This document shows positions 48,146 to 58,600 of a stretch of 64,000 nt of DNA, piece by piece (position 1 is the first letter of the stretch; every line of letters begins with the position of its first letter). Where the stretch lies: NCBI GenBank assembly GCA_021373015.1, contig JAJFTJ010000007.1, positions 43,135-107,134 on the forward strand, written 5' to 3'. The stretch is from Nitrospiraceae bacterium (GTDB taxonomy: Bacteria; Nitrospirota; Thermodesulfovibrionia; Thermodesulfovibrionales; UBA1546). The notes beneath the pieces were generated by a model. That model saw nothing but the letters and a program-made list of their open reading frames with translations, ran no database searches and was not told the origin of the DNA. The position numbers and the translations under genes are program-made.

Positions 48146-51100
48146 TTATTGCTTTTTTGGAAAAGAAACTCTGAATGTTGTTCCTTTTCCTATTATACTA
48201 TTAACTTCGATTTTCCCTTTATGTTCTTCTACAATCCTGTTGGTAATAGCAAGCCCAAGACCAGTTCCTGATGCCTTTGTAGTGTAAAACGGCACAAATA
48301 TAAAAGGCAGATCTTTATCTTCAATTCCGGGTCCAGTGTCTTCTACTGCTATTACAACATAATCCCCTTTTGTATATGTCTTAACAGTAATCCTGCCGTT
48401 TATGCTTAGTACCTGAATTGCATTGTTGAATATATTGAGAAGCGCTTCCCTGACACGGTCAATATCTACATTTACAGATGGCACATTGGATAACTCTTTC
48501 ACAAGGACAATATTTTTTTCTTTAATCTCTACATTTATAAGATTGATGATGTCATCTATAAGATTGTTAAGATTAACCTCTTGTTTAAAAATTCTTATGT
48601 CCTTAACAAAGCCGAGTATCTCTTTGAGTATGTCTTCGAGTCTTCCCACTTCTTTGGCGATTATCTCTGCATATTCCTTGAGATTGCCGTCGAGCTTTTT
48701 TTCGAGTCTTCTTGCAAATCCTCCTACAGATACCAATGGGTTTCTTATTTCATGCGCAACTTTTGCTGCCACTTCGCCTAATGCAGCCATCCTCTGTGTT
48801 GAGACAAGTTTTTCTCTAAGGTTATTAAGTTCTGTTACATCCCTGACAACATGAACTGTTCCTATGAATTCTCCTTCAGAATCGAATAACGGCGAATTAG
48901 ACGTGAGAAATGTCCCGCCAAGATTGTCATCTTTTACTTCTTCAATATACGATTTTTTGTTTTCTACAGATTTATGATGCGGACATTCAACCCATGGCTC
49001 TTTCATTTTATGAAATATCTCATAACATTTTTTGCCTAGAATTTCATTTACAGGTTTGCCTATTCTTTCGACAACAGCTTCGTTGATTTTTTTTATTGTG
49101 TATTCCTTGTCTGTTATAAATATCATGTCAGAAATTGATCTGAAAATATTTTCAAGCTCGGCCTCGGCACGGGATATTTGTTCGAATAACCTTGCGTTTT
49201 CTATCGCGCTTGCTACCTGGTTGGAAAATCCTTTTAGAAAATTCATGTCTTCATCGGATATCAATTGGTTTGTGAAAAAATTATCAGCCCATAGAACTCC
49301 AATAACTCGTCCCTTTGATATAAGGGGAACAGTAGCATATGCATGGGTTCCAAGCTGTTGTATCAGCGCTATATCTGAAAGTTTTTCCTGCTTCACGTCA
49401 GTGATATTGAATGCGGTTTTCTCAAGTACTGTTTTTGTAAGTATGGTTTTTTCTTTAAGAGAGATTTCAATACCTCTACTCAGTTTGTCAAAATACGAAT
49501 CTTTTTTAAGAGGGCTCTTTTCAATGTCAGCCATGATTTCATTGAGTGTTCTTTTTTTAACTGAAAGTTCTTCCCATATTTTCCATGCCTCTTCATGGTT
49601 TGCAGGGCCAACACCCATCACACCTTTGATCATGTCTTTTTTTTCATCTATTAGAAAAAGCATTGCCCTGTTAAAGCCAAGTCCATCGCTCATTGTTGCT
49701 GCAGTGAGAACCATTCTCAAGAGTTTTTCTAGCTGCAGTGTTTCTCTCATTGCGGAGCTGATGAAGGAGAGTCTCGAAAGTTCCTGATTCCTTCTTATTA
49801 GTTCTGTTTCAACCCGTTTTTTCTCTGATATATCTCTTGATATTCCGCTTATGCCTATGATTTCTCCAGAGGTGTTTTTTATTGGTGAGAGTGTCAGGCT
49901 GACTTCTATAATTGAACCGTCTTTTTTTTGTCTGATTGTTTCAATGTTTCTGAGGATATCTCTGTGTTTTATTCTCTCTATATATTCTTTTTCCGTATTT
50001 ATTGTATGCGGCAGGGCAAACGGAAGAAATTCTCCGACAGCTTCTATTTCTGAGAAGCCGTAAATTTTTTCCGCACTTGGATTCCATGAGATTATAATTC
50101 CGTTCAGGTCAGATGTGATTATGGCATCTGCGGAGTTATTTATGAAGCTTTCAAGATAGTCTTTTGTATGTGCAACTTCTTTGTAAAGACTCAGTATCTC
50201 TTCATGATAGAGTATCCTGTCTGTTATATCCTGAATGAAGACAACACTTTCAATAACATTATCATTCTCGTCTTTGATGGGGTAAGATGTGAGTTCTGCA
50301 AAATCCCCTTCCTTTGACAAGGTGATAGAATTCGTCTGTCCTGTTTCAAATGTTACTTTTGAAACGCAGTGCGGACATATTCCGCCCTGTTTATGAAAAA
50401 TATCTACTGCATTTTTCCCGATCACCTCATCTGTTTTAATGCCGGTCCAGTGTTCCATAAATTTATTAGCTGAAGTTATGATGTAGTCTTTGTTTAGAGT
50501 TACTATGCCTCCTTGAACACTATCAAAAAGTATATCCTTTTTCTTTTTTGCTTCTAATGCGAGTTCTTCGTTTTTTCGCAGATTATCATAAAGTTTTGCT
50601 TTTTCAATAGCCAAAGCAGCCATTGATGAAAATGCAATTGAAGTCTCAATGTTGTCATCTGTAAATGATATCTTGTTCCCTTCTGAATCAGTTTTATCGT
50701 ACAAACCCAATGTTCCTATAATATTGCCTGTTATGTATAAAGGCATGCATAATGCAGACATGTTATTTAAATCGATCAGGATAGGTTTTTTCTCTTTTAT
50801 AACCTGTTCTGCAATGGAATTTTCAGCCGGAATGTCAAACTGCTCATTTGTTTTATTATAAAAAGATTTTATATTAAGGTTATTTTCTTCAAACAATCGT
50901 ATAATGCAAACCCTTGCATTAAGCAGTTTGGATATCTCTGCTGCAATCATTTTTAATAATTCATCGAGATTTACAGTAGAGGCCATGGTTGTTGCAAGGT
51001 CATATAATACGGTCAGCTTCAGAAGCTGATTTTTTGCAGCGGCATAGCTCTGCGCTTCAGCATTTACAGATGTTTGAAGCTTTTCAACCATTTCATCGAA

Positions 51101-51811
51101 TCTATTAGAAATAATTCCTATCTCGTCTGTTCTTTTTGAATCTATGCGGTAGCTGAATTCACCTTTCCCTATCTTTTCTGTTGCTTCCATGAGGTCATTA
51201 AACGGATTGCTTATGACTCTTCTTATCAGGAGTATCAAAGACAAGGAAGCAATGATGCCAAATGCAAGAAGTGAACTTAGGTAGAATCTAAGATTTTTTT
51301 TGATATCAGTGCCTTTTGCTGCAATCTCAGAAACTCTTCTTATGTTTTCTGACTGAACAAATTCTATCTCAAGAAGTATTCGCTCTTTTCTTGCTTCAAT
51401 CCTAAGAATCTCTTTTGCAGCTTCCTTATTATCTTTAGGAGATTCTGCGTCTAGTATTATTTTTGTTGTTGCCTGAATGTGTGCCAGGTCTTTTTCTATT
51501 CGTTTTAAAGCTTCTCTGTTTCCTGCTGTTTCTTTTAGCTCTGTTGATTTTTTGAAAAGAGCAGAAAGTTTTTCCTTTGCTTGTTTTTTACTGTTGTTGT
51601 CGCCTGTGACTGACCAATCCTTTATGTTTTTGAAAAAAACATTGACAGATGTTCCCATTTCCTGATAGAGGCGGTGTTCAACCGCTGATCTTTCGAGTAT
51701 GTCAAGACTCTGGTCAAGGGAATTGAATATATATAGAATGCTTGCACCCAAGGCCAGAATTATAATTAACCATGCAATAAGCAATATTGAAAATTTCAGT
51801 CGTAAGCTCAT
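48146..51811 (-). CDS. Large multi-domain sensor histidine kinase (TM, HAMP, GAF, PAS x3, GAF, PAS, HisKA, HATPase)
   Basis: 1221 aa. HAMP-like RRVISNPFNDLMEATEKIGKGEF. Several PAS blocks ending in DIT/DIS-E/D-R/K-K. H-box AKVAHEIRNPL. Also DTGPGI and GTGLGLA. Confidence 0.9.
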   Translation of the reverse strand: MSLRLKFSILLIAWLIIILALGASILYIFNSLDQSLDILERSAVEHRLYQEMGTSVNVFFKNIKDWSVTGDNNSKKQAKEKLSALFKKSTELKETAGNREALKRIEKDLAHIQATTKIILDAESPKDNKEAAKEILRIEARKERILLEIEFVQSENIRRVSEIAAKGTDIKKNLRFYLSSLLAFGIIASLSLILLIRRVISNPFNDLMEATEKIGKGEFSYRIDSKRTDEIGIISNRFDEMVEKLQTSVNAEAQSYAAAKNQLLKLTVLYDLATTMASTVNLDELLKMIAAEISKLLNARVCIIRLFEENNLNIKSFYNKTNEQFDIPAENSIAEQVIKEKKPILIDLNNMSALCMPLYITGNIIGTLGLYDKTDSEGNKISFTDDNIETSIAFSSMAALAIEKAKLYDNLRKNEELALEAKKKKDILFDSVQGGIVTLNKDYIITSANKFMEHWTGIKTDEVIGKNAVDIFHKQGGICPHCVSKVTFETGQTNSITLSKEGDFAELTSYPIKDENDNVIESVVFIQDITDRILYHEEILSLYKEVAHTKDYLESFINNSADAIITSDLNGIIISWNPSAEKIYGFSEIEAVGEFLPFALPHTINTEKEYIERIKHRDILRNIETIRQKKDGSIIEVSLTLSPIKNTSGEIIGISGISRDISEKKRVETELIRRNQELSRLSFISSAMRETLQLEKLLRMVLTAATMSDGLGFNRAMLFLIDEKKDMIKGVMGVGPANHEEAWKIWEELSVKKRTLNEIMADIEKSPLKKDSYFDKLSRGIEISLKEKTILTKTVLEKTAFNITDVKQEKLSDIALIQQLGTHAYATVPLISKGRVIGVLWADNFFTNQLISDEDMNFLKGFSNQVASAIENARLFEQISRAEAELENIFRSISDMIFITDKEYTIKKINEAVVERIGKPVNEILGKKCYEIFHKMKEPWVECPHHKSVENKKSYIEEVKDDNLGGTFLTSNSPLFDSEGEFIGTVHVVRDVTELNNLREKLVSTQRMAALGEVAAKVAHEIRNPLVSVGGFARRLEKKLDGNLKEYAEIIAKEVGRLEDILKEILGFVKDIRIFKQEVNLNNLIDDIINLINVEIKEKNIVLVKELSNVPSVNVDIDRVREALLNIFNNAIQVLSINGRITVKTYTKGDYVVIAVEDTGPGIEDKDLPFIFVPFYTTKASGTGLGLAITNRIVEEHKGKIEVNSIIGKGTTFRVSFPKKQ

Positions 51812-53247
51812 TTTTTTAACCTGATTGCCTCATTATAAATCTCTATATATTTCCTTGCAGAATTTTCCCAGGAGAAATCGGTTCTCATTGCATTTAAAAT
51901 TAATTTTTGCCATTTATTTTCATTTTTATATGTATCAAGAGCATTTTTTAAAACAGTGTAAAGAGCGTTTGGTGTATATTCAGAAAAAAGAAAACCTGTG
52001 CCTTTGTCATTCCCAGTGTTGAACTCTGAAACTGTGTCGGCAAGTCCGCCTGTTTTTCTTACAACAGGAATTGTACCGTATCTCATTGCTATAATCTGGC
52101 CAAGTCCGCATGGCTCATATCTCGAAGGCATAAGGAATATGTCAGCTCCTGAATATATTCTGTGCGCAAACTCATCATTGAATCCAATCGTTAGATTTAA
52201 CATGTCCTTATATTTTTTTGACGCAGCAGTTAATTTTTTATGAAAGATATCATCCCCTTTGCCAAGAATTACAATGTTCGCTTTTTCTGAAATTATACTC
52301 TCAATTATTGGGAGAAAGAGATCAATTCCTTTTTGTGCAGAAAGCCTGCTTATGATTGCTATGATAGGAATTTTCGGATCGGGATTAATAGAGCATTCCT
52401 TGATAAGCTGAAGTTTGCATTGTTTCTTGCCGCTTAAATCGTTGACACTGTATTTTTTGCTTATGTATTTGTCTTTTTCAGTGTTCCATTCATCATAGTC
52501 TATCCCATTAATAATGCCTCTGATATCAGATTTTCTTTTTCTTAATAGTCCATCCAGACCAAATCCATATTCCTTGGTCGATATTTCTCCTGCATATGTA
52601 TTGCTTACAGTAGTTATCAGATCTGCAGATATAAGTCCAGCTTTCAGAAAATTCATCTTGCCGTAAAATTCTATTCCTTCAGGCGTAAATAGAGCAGGGC
52701 TTAGTCCTGTCAGATTCATCAGAAATGCTGAGAACAACCCCTGATAGCCAAGATTGTGTATCGTTATTATAGAGGCAGTTTTACTGAAGAATACGTCATT
52801 CCTGTACAGAGTTTTAAGATATAAAGGAACAAGGCCTGTCTGCCATTCATTGCAGTGGATTATATCAGGCTTTAGGTTCAATGCCTTGCATGACTCAAGG
52901 ATTGCCCTTGAGAAAAATATAAAACGTGATGCGTTATCAGGATAATCATTTTGTGATGTGCCGTATAGTTCATCTCTGTCGAAGAATTCAGGACAGTCAA
53001 TGAAATATACGGAATCATCAAGAGTGAAAACACAAGCTTTGATAATCCTGTTACCCAATGGCACTGTAATTGAAACTTTTGTGTCTTTGAGTTTGAATTC
53101 TTTGCGGATTTTTTTATAGAGAGGAAGTACTAGATATGATTTTTTGCCGAGTTTTCCGAATTTTTTGTGAAGAGCGCTGGTAACATCCGCAAGCCCCCCG
53201 GTTTTGGCAAAAGGTACAGCCTCAGATGCAGCTATCAAAATTTTCAT
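51808..53247 (-). CDS. glgA: Glycogen (starch) synthase
   Basis: MKILIAASEAVPFAKTGGLADV and PSRYEPCGLGQI. The stop overlaps the kinase start (ATGA). Confidence 0.93.
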   Translation of the reverse strand: MKILIAASEAVPFAKTGGLADVTSALHKKFGKLGKKSYLVLPLYKKIRKEFKLKDTKVSITVPLGNRIIKACVFTLDDSVYFIDCPEFFDRDELYGTSQNDYPDNASRFIFFSRAILESCKALNLKPDIIHCNEWQTGLVPLYLKTLYRNDVFFSKTASIITIHNLGYQGLFSAFLMNLTGLSPALFTPEGIEFYGKMNFLKAGLISADLITTVSNTYAGEISTKEYGFGLDGLLRKRKSDIRGIINGIDYDEWNTEKDKYISKKYSVNDLSGKKQCKLQLIKECSINPDPKIPIIAIISRLSAQKGIDLFLPIIESIISEKANIVILGKGDDIFHKKLTAASKKYKDMLNLTIGFNDEFAHRIYSGADIFLMPSRYEPCGLGQIIAMRYGTIPVVRKTGGLADTVSEFNTGNDKGTGFLFSEYTPNALYTVLKNALDTYKNENKWQKLILNAMRTDFSWENSARKYIEIYNEAIRLKK

Positions 53248-53301
53248 TTACCTCTCAGTTGTTATCCAGAGCTGTCTTTGAAATTCCCGATTGCTTCTTG
53301 C

Positions 53302-54297
53302 TTAAATCTTTGCCTCACGCATAAATTTTGCAGCTTCTTCAGGAGGAGTAGGGTTAATATAAAAACCTGAACCCCATTCAAATCCAGCTATTTTTGTGAG
53401 TTTGGGTATGATCTCAATGTGCCAATGGTAATAATCATTTGCCTCGCTGGTGAATGGCGATGTATGGATAATGAAATTGTATGGAGGAATGTCAAGAATC
53501 CTGTCCATCTGTTTAAGTATCTTTTGGAATATATCGCCAAGAGAGGAAAAATCTCTGCCTTTTGGCCCAAAAAGTGATTCGTGTTTTTTTGGCAATATCC
53601 ATGTTTCAAATGGAGCCATTGAAGCAAACGGCGAGATTGCAATATAGTCATTGTTTTCATAGATTATGCGTTTTCTTGAATCAAGCTCCTGATTTATAAC
53701 ATCGCAAAATATGCAGCGTTCTTTCAGGTTATAGTATTTTTCTGCTGCATTTATTTCTTCTTTTACAAGCTTGGGCACTATGGGAAGAGCAATAAGCTGG
53801 CTGTGCGAGTGCTCAAGTGTAGCGCCTGCGTCTTCGCCTTCATTTTTGAATATGAGAACATATCTGAATCTTATGTCTTTTTTCAGATCATTCAGTCTGA
53901 AAAAGTATGCCCATAAAACATCTTGAAATGCTTTCTGAGACATTGTGGATAAAGAAAGATTGTGCTCAGGAGTTTCTATTATGACCTCGTGTGCTCCGAT
54001 ACCGTTCATTTTGTCAAATATGCCTTCGCCTGATTTTGTCAGGTCCCCGTGTATCTGTAACGCAGGAAATTTATTGGGAACTGTTCGAAGTGTCCAGCCC
54101 GGAGAATCAGGCTGTTTTTTTTCTGGTCTGAATGCAAGTATTTCATTTGGAGTAGTATGTTCATTCCCTGGGCAGAACGGGCAGAAGCCGCCTTTTTTCT
54201 TCTGAGAAGGTGACAAAAAATCAGTCGGTCTTTTCCCTCTTTCAACAGAGATTATGACCCATCTGCCGCTGATAGGGTCTTTTCTGAGCTCAGACAT
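53302..54297 (-). CDS. GalT-like nucleotidyltransferase/phosphorylase (HIT superfamily), paralogue 3
   Basis: ELRKDPISGRWVII, CPFCPGNE, HSHSQ and HWHIEIIPK...GFEWG. GGAGG SD. Confidence 0.8.
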   Translation of the reverse strand: MSELRKDPISGRWVIISVERGKRPTDFLSPSQKKKGGFCPFCPGNEHTTPNEILAFRPEKKQPDSPGWTLRTVPNKFPALQIHGDLTKSGEGIFDKMNGIGAHEVIIETPEHNLSLSTMSQKAFQDVLWAYFFRLNDLKKDIRFRYVLIFKNEGEDAGATLEHSHSQLIALPIVPKLVKEEINAAEKYYNLKERCIFCDVINQELDSRKRIIYENNDYIAISPFASMAPFETWILPKKHESLFGPKGRDFSSLGDIFQKILKQMDRILDIPPYNFIIHTSPFTSEANDYYHWHIEIIPKLTKIAGFEWGSGFYINPTPPEEAAKFMREAKI

Positions 54298-54370
54298 CTA
54301 GCCTCCGTAGCGAATAGTTAAAAAAAGATTTCTAATTTTCATATTATATCACAATAGGATATAATCCCTC

Positions 54371-55345
54371 ATGAAACCTATTTTTCATCACAGACTGGTA
54401 AACAAGCCATTTGAAGATCCCTGTGTTTTTATAAGATTGATGAGAGAAAAGCGCGCTATTTTTTTTGATCTCGGAAACATTAACAAGTTAAGCCTAGCGG
54501 ATATGCAGAAGATTACTGATGTTTTTGTTACCCATACTCACATAGATCATTTCATTGGATTCGATACCCTTCTTAGAGCGCTTCTCAGACGTGAAACTCC
54601 GCTTAATATATTTGGGCCGTCAAATATTATTGAGTGTGTCGAGGGCAAGCTAAAGGGATATACATGGAATCTTATAAAAGAATATCCGCTCAAGATTAAT
54701 GTATTCAGCATAAATGAAAAAACAGTCGGACATTCAGGTTTTTATTCTGAAAACTGTTTCGAAAGAGTTGATTATGATAATAATGAATTTAACGGCATTG
54801 TTTTCAGGGAACCTGTTTTTGAGATAAGGGCTGAATGCCTGACTCATCAAATACCAAGTCTTGGTTTTTCATTGAAAGAGGATTTTCATATAAATATTGA
54901 TAAAGCAGCGTTGACAAGGCTTGGGCTTCCTGTTGGTCCGTGGCTTTCAGAATACAAGAAAGCGCTAAGGGAAAATGGTTCTTTTGAGGCGGAATTCAAG
55001 ATTGCAGGCAAAAAATACAAGATGAAAGACCTTTCAGAAATAGCCAAGATAACAGCAGGACAAAAGATATCATATATTGCTGACTCTTCTTTGGATGAAC
55101 AGAACATAAAAAAGATAATAGCCTTTGCTAAAGATTCTGATACGCTTTACTGTGAGGCGTATTTTCTTGATGAAGACAGGGACAGGGCTCTGGACAGGCA
55201 TCATCTGACAGCAAAGACTGCCGGAAGGATTGGAAGAGAGGCAGGAGTGAAGAGACTTGTAGTTATGCACTTTTCTCCAAAATACAGAGAATGTCCTGAT
55301 GCACTTTTTGAAGAAGCAATGAAAGAATATAATAATAAGGACTAA
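54371..55345 (+). CDS. MBL-fold metallo-hydrolase, RNase Z/ElaC-like
   Basis: VFVTHTHIDHFIGF (HxHxDH) and a C-terminal VVMHFSPKY. TATAAT at 54360-54365 ends 5 nt before the ATG, and there is no SD. Confidence 0.6.
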   Translation: MKPIFHHRLVNKPFEDPCVFIRLMREKRAIFFDLGNINKLSLADMQKITDVFVTHTHIDHFIGFDTLLRALLRRETPLNIFGPSNIIECVEGKLKGYTWNLIKEYPLKINVFSINEKTVGHSGFYSENCFERVDYDNNEFNGIVFREPVFEIRAECLTHQIPSLGFSLKEDFHINIDKAALTRLGLPVGPWLSEYKKALRENGSFEAEFKIAGKKYKMKDLSEIAKITAGQKISYIADSSLDEQNIKKIIAFAKDSDTLYCEAYFLDEDRDRALDRHHLTAKTAGRIGREAGVKRLVVMHFSPKYRECPDALFEEAMKEYNNKD

Positions 55346-55347
55346 CT

Positions 55348-55419
55348 GCCGGGATAGCTCAGTGGCAGAGCAGCTGATTCGTAATCAGCAGGCCGTGGGT
55401 TCAACCCCCATTCCCGGCT
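55348..55419 (+). tRNA. tRNA-Thr (anticodon CGU), no encoded CCA
   Basis: Cloverleaf folded by hand. Acceptor GCCGGGA/TCCCGGC. D arm GCTC-AGTGGCA-GAGC. Anticodon arm GCTGA-TTCGTAA-TCAGC. T arm GTGGG-TTCAACC-CCCAT. Discriminator T, followed by a T-run. Confidence 0.9.
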
Positions 55420-55439
55420 TTTTTTGTGCTTATATTAAT

Positions 55440-55457
55440 TTGTCAATTTTGACAAAA
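55440..55457. promoter_or_regulatory. Perfect 18-bp palindrome TTTGTCAA-TT-TTGACAAA upstream of the fdh operon
   Basis: Read directly. It lies about 170 nt upstream of the fdhA ATG. The TGTCA-N4-TGACA core resembles CRP/FNR-type dyads in geometry only. Confidence 0.4.
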
Positions 55458-55625
55458 GATCAATATTTTTTTGTTATGGCCGGATTAGTATTTAATATTG
55501 GTTTTTTTATTGACATTTGGACTAATATAATTTGCTTAATATATTTCGTTATGCAAAAAAAGCATAAGGGCTTGGCAAATACTAGGTTAAGCCCGTAAGA
55601 AGTTAAATATTAGGGGGAGGTTTGT

Positions 55626-58600
55626 ATGAGTCTTTCGAGAAGAGATTTCCTGAAGCTCTCGGGCGGAACAGCAGTTGCAGGCGCTATTGCAACAGGTCTT
55701 TCTCCTGAGGATGCCATTGCCAAAGAACGGGAATTAAAGATCAAAGGCACAAAAGAAACAACGACTATTTGTCCTTTCTGTTCTGTTGGCTGCGGTATTC
55801 TGGTTAACACAAAAGACGGCAAGGTGGTAAACACCGAAGGCGATCCAGAGCATCCAATCAATGAGGGAACGCTTTGCAGTAAAGGCAGTTCTATTTATCA
55901 GCTTGCGAACAACCCAAAAAGGCTTACAAAACCACTTTATCGCGCTCCAGGCGCATCAGAGTGGAAGACGGTTGAGTGGGATTGGGCGCTGGACGAGATC
56001 GCCAAGAAGATAAAAACATCTCGTGACAAGTCTTTCAAGAAAACTTCAAAATCAAAGGTCAAAGAAAAAGGGCCTGATGGCAAAGAAGTTGAAGTAGAAA
56101 AAGAATTTGTAGTAAACAGGACAGACGCCATTGCGCATATTGGAAGCGCGGCGCTTGATAACGAAGAGTGCTATATTCTTCAGAAATGGCTGCGTTCTCT
56201 AGGGCTTGTTTATATAGAACACCAGGCGCGAATATGACACTCCGCAACTGTAGCGGCTCTGGCAGAGTCGTTTGGTCGCGGCGCAATGACAAATCATTTT
56301 ATTGATTTCAAAAATGCTGATGTGATTCTTGTAATGGGCGCAAACCCTGCAGAAAACCATCCTATATCAATGAAATGGATACTCAAGGCTGTTGAAAAAG
56401 GCGCTAAGCTTATTGTTGTTGATCCTCGTTTCACAAGAACAGCTACAAAGGCTCATGTATATGCACCGATGCGTTCTGGAACAGACATAGCATTCCTCGG
56501 AGGAATGATCAGATACATTATCGACAACAGTCTCTATTTCAAGGAATATGTCGTCAAATATACAAACGCATCTTATCTTGTAAACCCTGAATACAAAGGA
56601 CCTGGCGAACTTAACGGTCTCTTCTCAGGTTATGATGAAAAGACAAGAAAGTATGACAAAAAGACATGGTCTTTCCAGATGGATGAAAATGGGGTTCCAA
56701 AAAAAGATCCATCACTGACAAATCCAAACTGTGTATTTCAGGTAATGAAAAAACACTATTCACGCTATACCCTTGATAAGGTTTCTTCAATAACAGGAAC
56801 ACCAAAGGAGAAACTTTTAGAGGTATACAAAACTTACGGTTCGACTGGGAAGCCTAATAGAGTAGGAACAGAGCTATATGCAATGGGATGGACGCAACAT
56901 ACTGTCGGCACGCAGAATATCAGGGCAATGACGATAATACAGCTTTTACTAGGGAATGTCGGCATGGCAGGCGGCGGCATTAATGCACTCAGAGGAGAAT
57001 CAAATGTTCAGGGTTCAACTGATCAGGGACTTCTCTTCCATATACTTCCCGGATATCTGCCTGTACCAACAGCCGCAGTCACGGATCTAAAAACATATAT
57101 TGAAAAACACACGCCAAAGACAAAAGAGCCAAAGAGCGTTAACTGGTGGAGTAACAGAAACAAATACATCACAAGTTATCTCAAGGCCATTTACGGAAAC
57201 AAATCAACAAAGGATAATGATTTTGGTTATTCATGGCTCCCAAAGCTTGACGAAGGCATGAATGCATCATGGCTGATTCTCTTTGACAAGATGTTACAGG
57301 GCAAATTCGAAGGGTTTTTTGCGTGGGGAATGAATCCTGCCTGTTCAGGAGCAAATTCCAATAAAACAAGAACTGCTCTTTCAAAGTTGAAATGGATGGT
57401 AAATGTTAACCTCTTTGACAATGAAACAGGATCTTTTTGGAGAGGTCCGGGTATGAACCCCAAAGACATACAAACAGAGGTCTTCATGCTACCATGCGCA
57501 TCTTCAATCGAAAAAGAGGGAAGCATCTCAAACTCAGGAAGATGGGCACAGTGGAGATATAAGGCGATTGCACCAATAGGAGAATCGAAGCCTGATGCTG
57601 AAATTATCAATGAACTTTACTTTAAAGTTAAAAAACTCTACCAGACGCAGGGCGGAAAATTTCCTGAACCTATATTAAATCTCACATGGAACTATGGAGC
57701 AAAAGATGCTGAAGGAAAAATTAAAGAAGTAAACATACACAAGATCGCAATGGAGATTAATGGTTACTATCTTGAAGACATTGTTGATACAAAGGTTACG
57801 CCTGCAAAACATATAGGTAAAAAAGGCGAACTCTGTACAAACTTTGTTTCTCTTCAGGCAGACGGAAAAACTTCATGCGGTAACTGGATATACAGCGGAA
57901 GCTACACGCATAAAGACGGAAAGATTATCAATATGATGGCGAGAAGAGGTAAAAAGGATATAGGTGGACTTGGGATGTTCCCTGAATGGTCATGGTGCTG
58001 GCCTATTAACAGAAGGATAATTTATAACAGGGCTTCGGTTAATCCGGATGGTAATCCATGGGATCCAAAACGCACTGTTATAAAGTGGAACCCAAACAAG
58101 CTTGATCCTATAACTAAAAAGACTGCTCCTGGATGGGACGGTGATATCCCTGATGGGCCTGCCCCGCCTTATTCAGCACAAAACGGTAAATTCCCATTTA
58201 TTATGAGAGTTGATGGAATGGGAGCGTTGTTTGGTCCTGGGCTTGCAGAAGGTCCGTTCCCTGAACACTATGAAGCACTTGAATGTCCTCTCCAGGAAAA
58301 CATAATGTCAAAACAGAGGATTAACCCAACAATCAAACTCTTTTTTGATAAAGGCAAGGGAGCTGCTGAAGACATATATTATTCATGTGATGTCAGATAC
58401 CCTTATGTGGCATCAACATATAGAGTGTCAGAGCACTGGCAGTCGGGTGTTATGACAAGACACGAACCATGGCTTCTCGAGATGATGCCTCAGCAGTTTG
58501 TTGAGATGAGCGAAGAGCTTGCAAAAGAAAAGGGCATTAAATCAGGAGATAAAACAAAGGTCAAGTCTGGACGCGGCGAAGTTGTGGCAGTTGCAGTAGT

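Noticed and set aside
49032-49787. 251-aa + strand ORF, together with similar track ORFs at 48423, 49851, 50649 and 51477.
   Set aside because: All lie antisense inside the 1221-aa histidine kinase gene. They are Ser/Phe/Ile-rich, have no SD and carry no recognisable motifs.
55510-55531. TTGACA and TATAAT hexamers upstream of fdhA.
   Set aside because: Only 10 nt separate the hexamers, against a requirement of 16-18, so as a pair they cannot form a sigma70 promoter.
55568-55594. GGGCTT...AAGCCC hairpin containing TGGCA in the fdhA leader, considered as a sigma54 -24/-12 promoter or a riboswitch.
   Set aside because: No TTGC element lies at the right distance from the GG. The stem is only 6 bp with a 15-nt loop. 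No Moco-riboswitch-like conserved blocks were recognised in 55420-55625.
55362-55598. 78-aa + strand ORF starting inside the tRNA.
   Set aside because: It begins within tRNA-Thr and runs through an AT-rich intergenic region. There is no SD.
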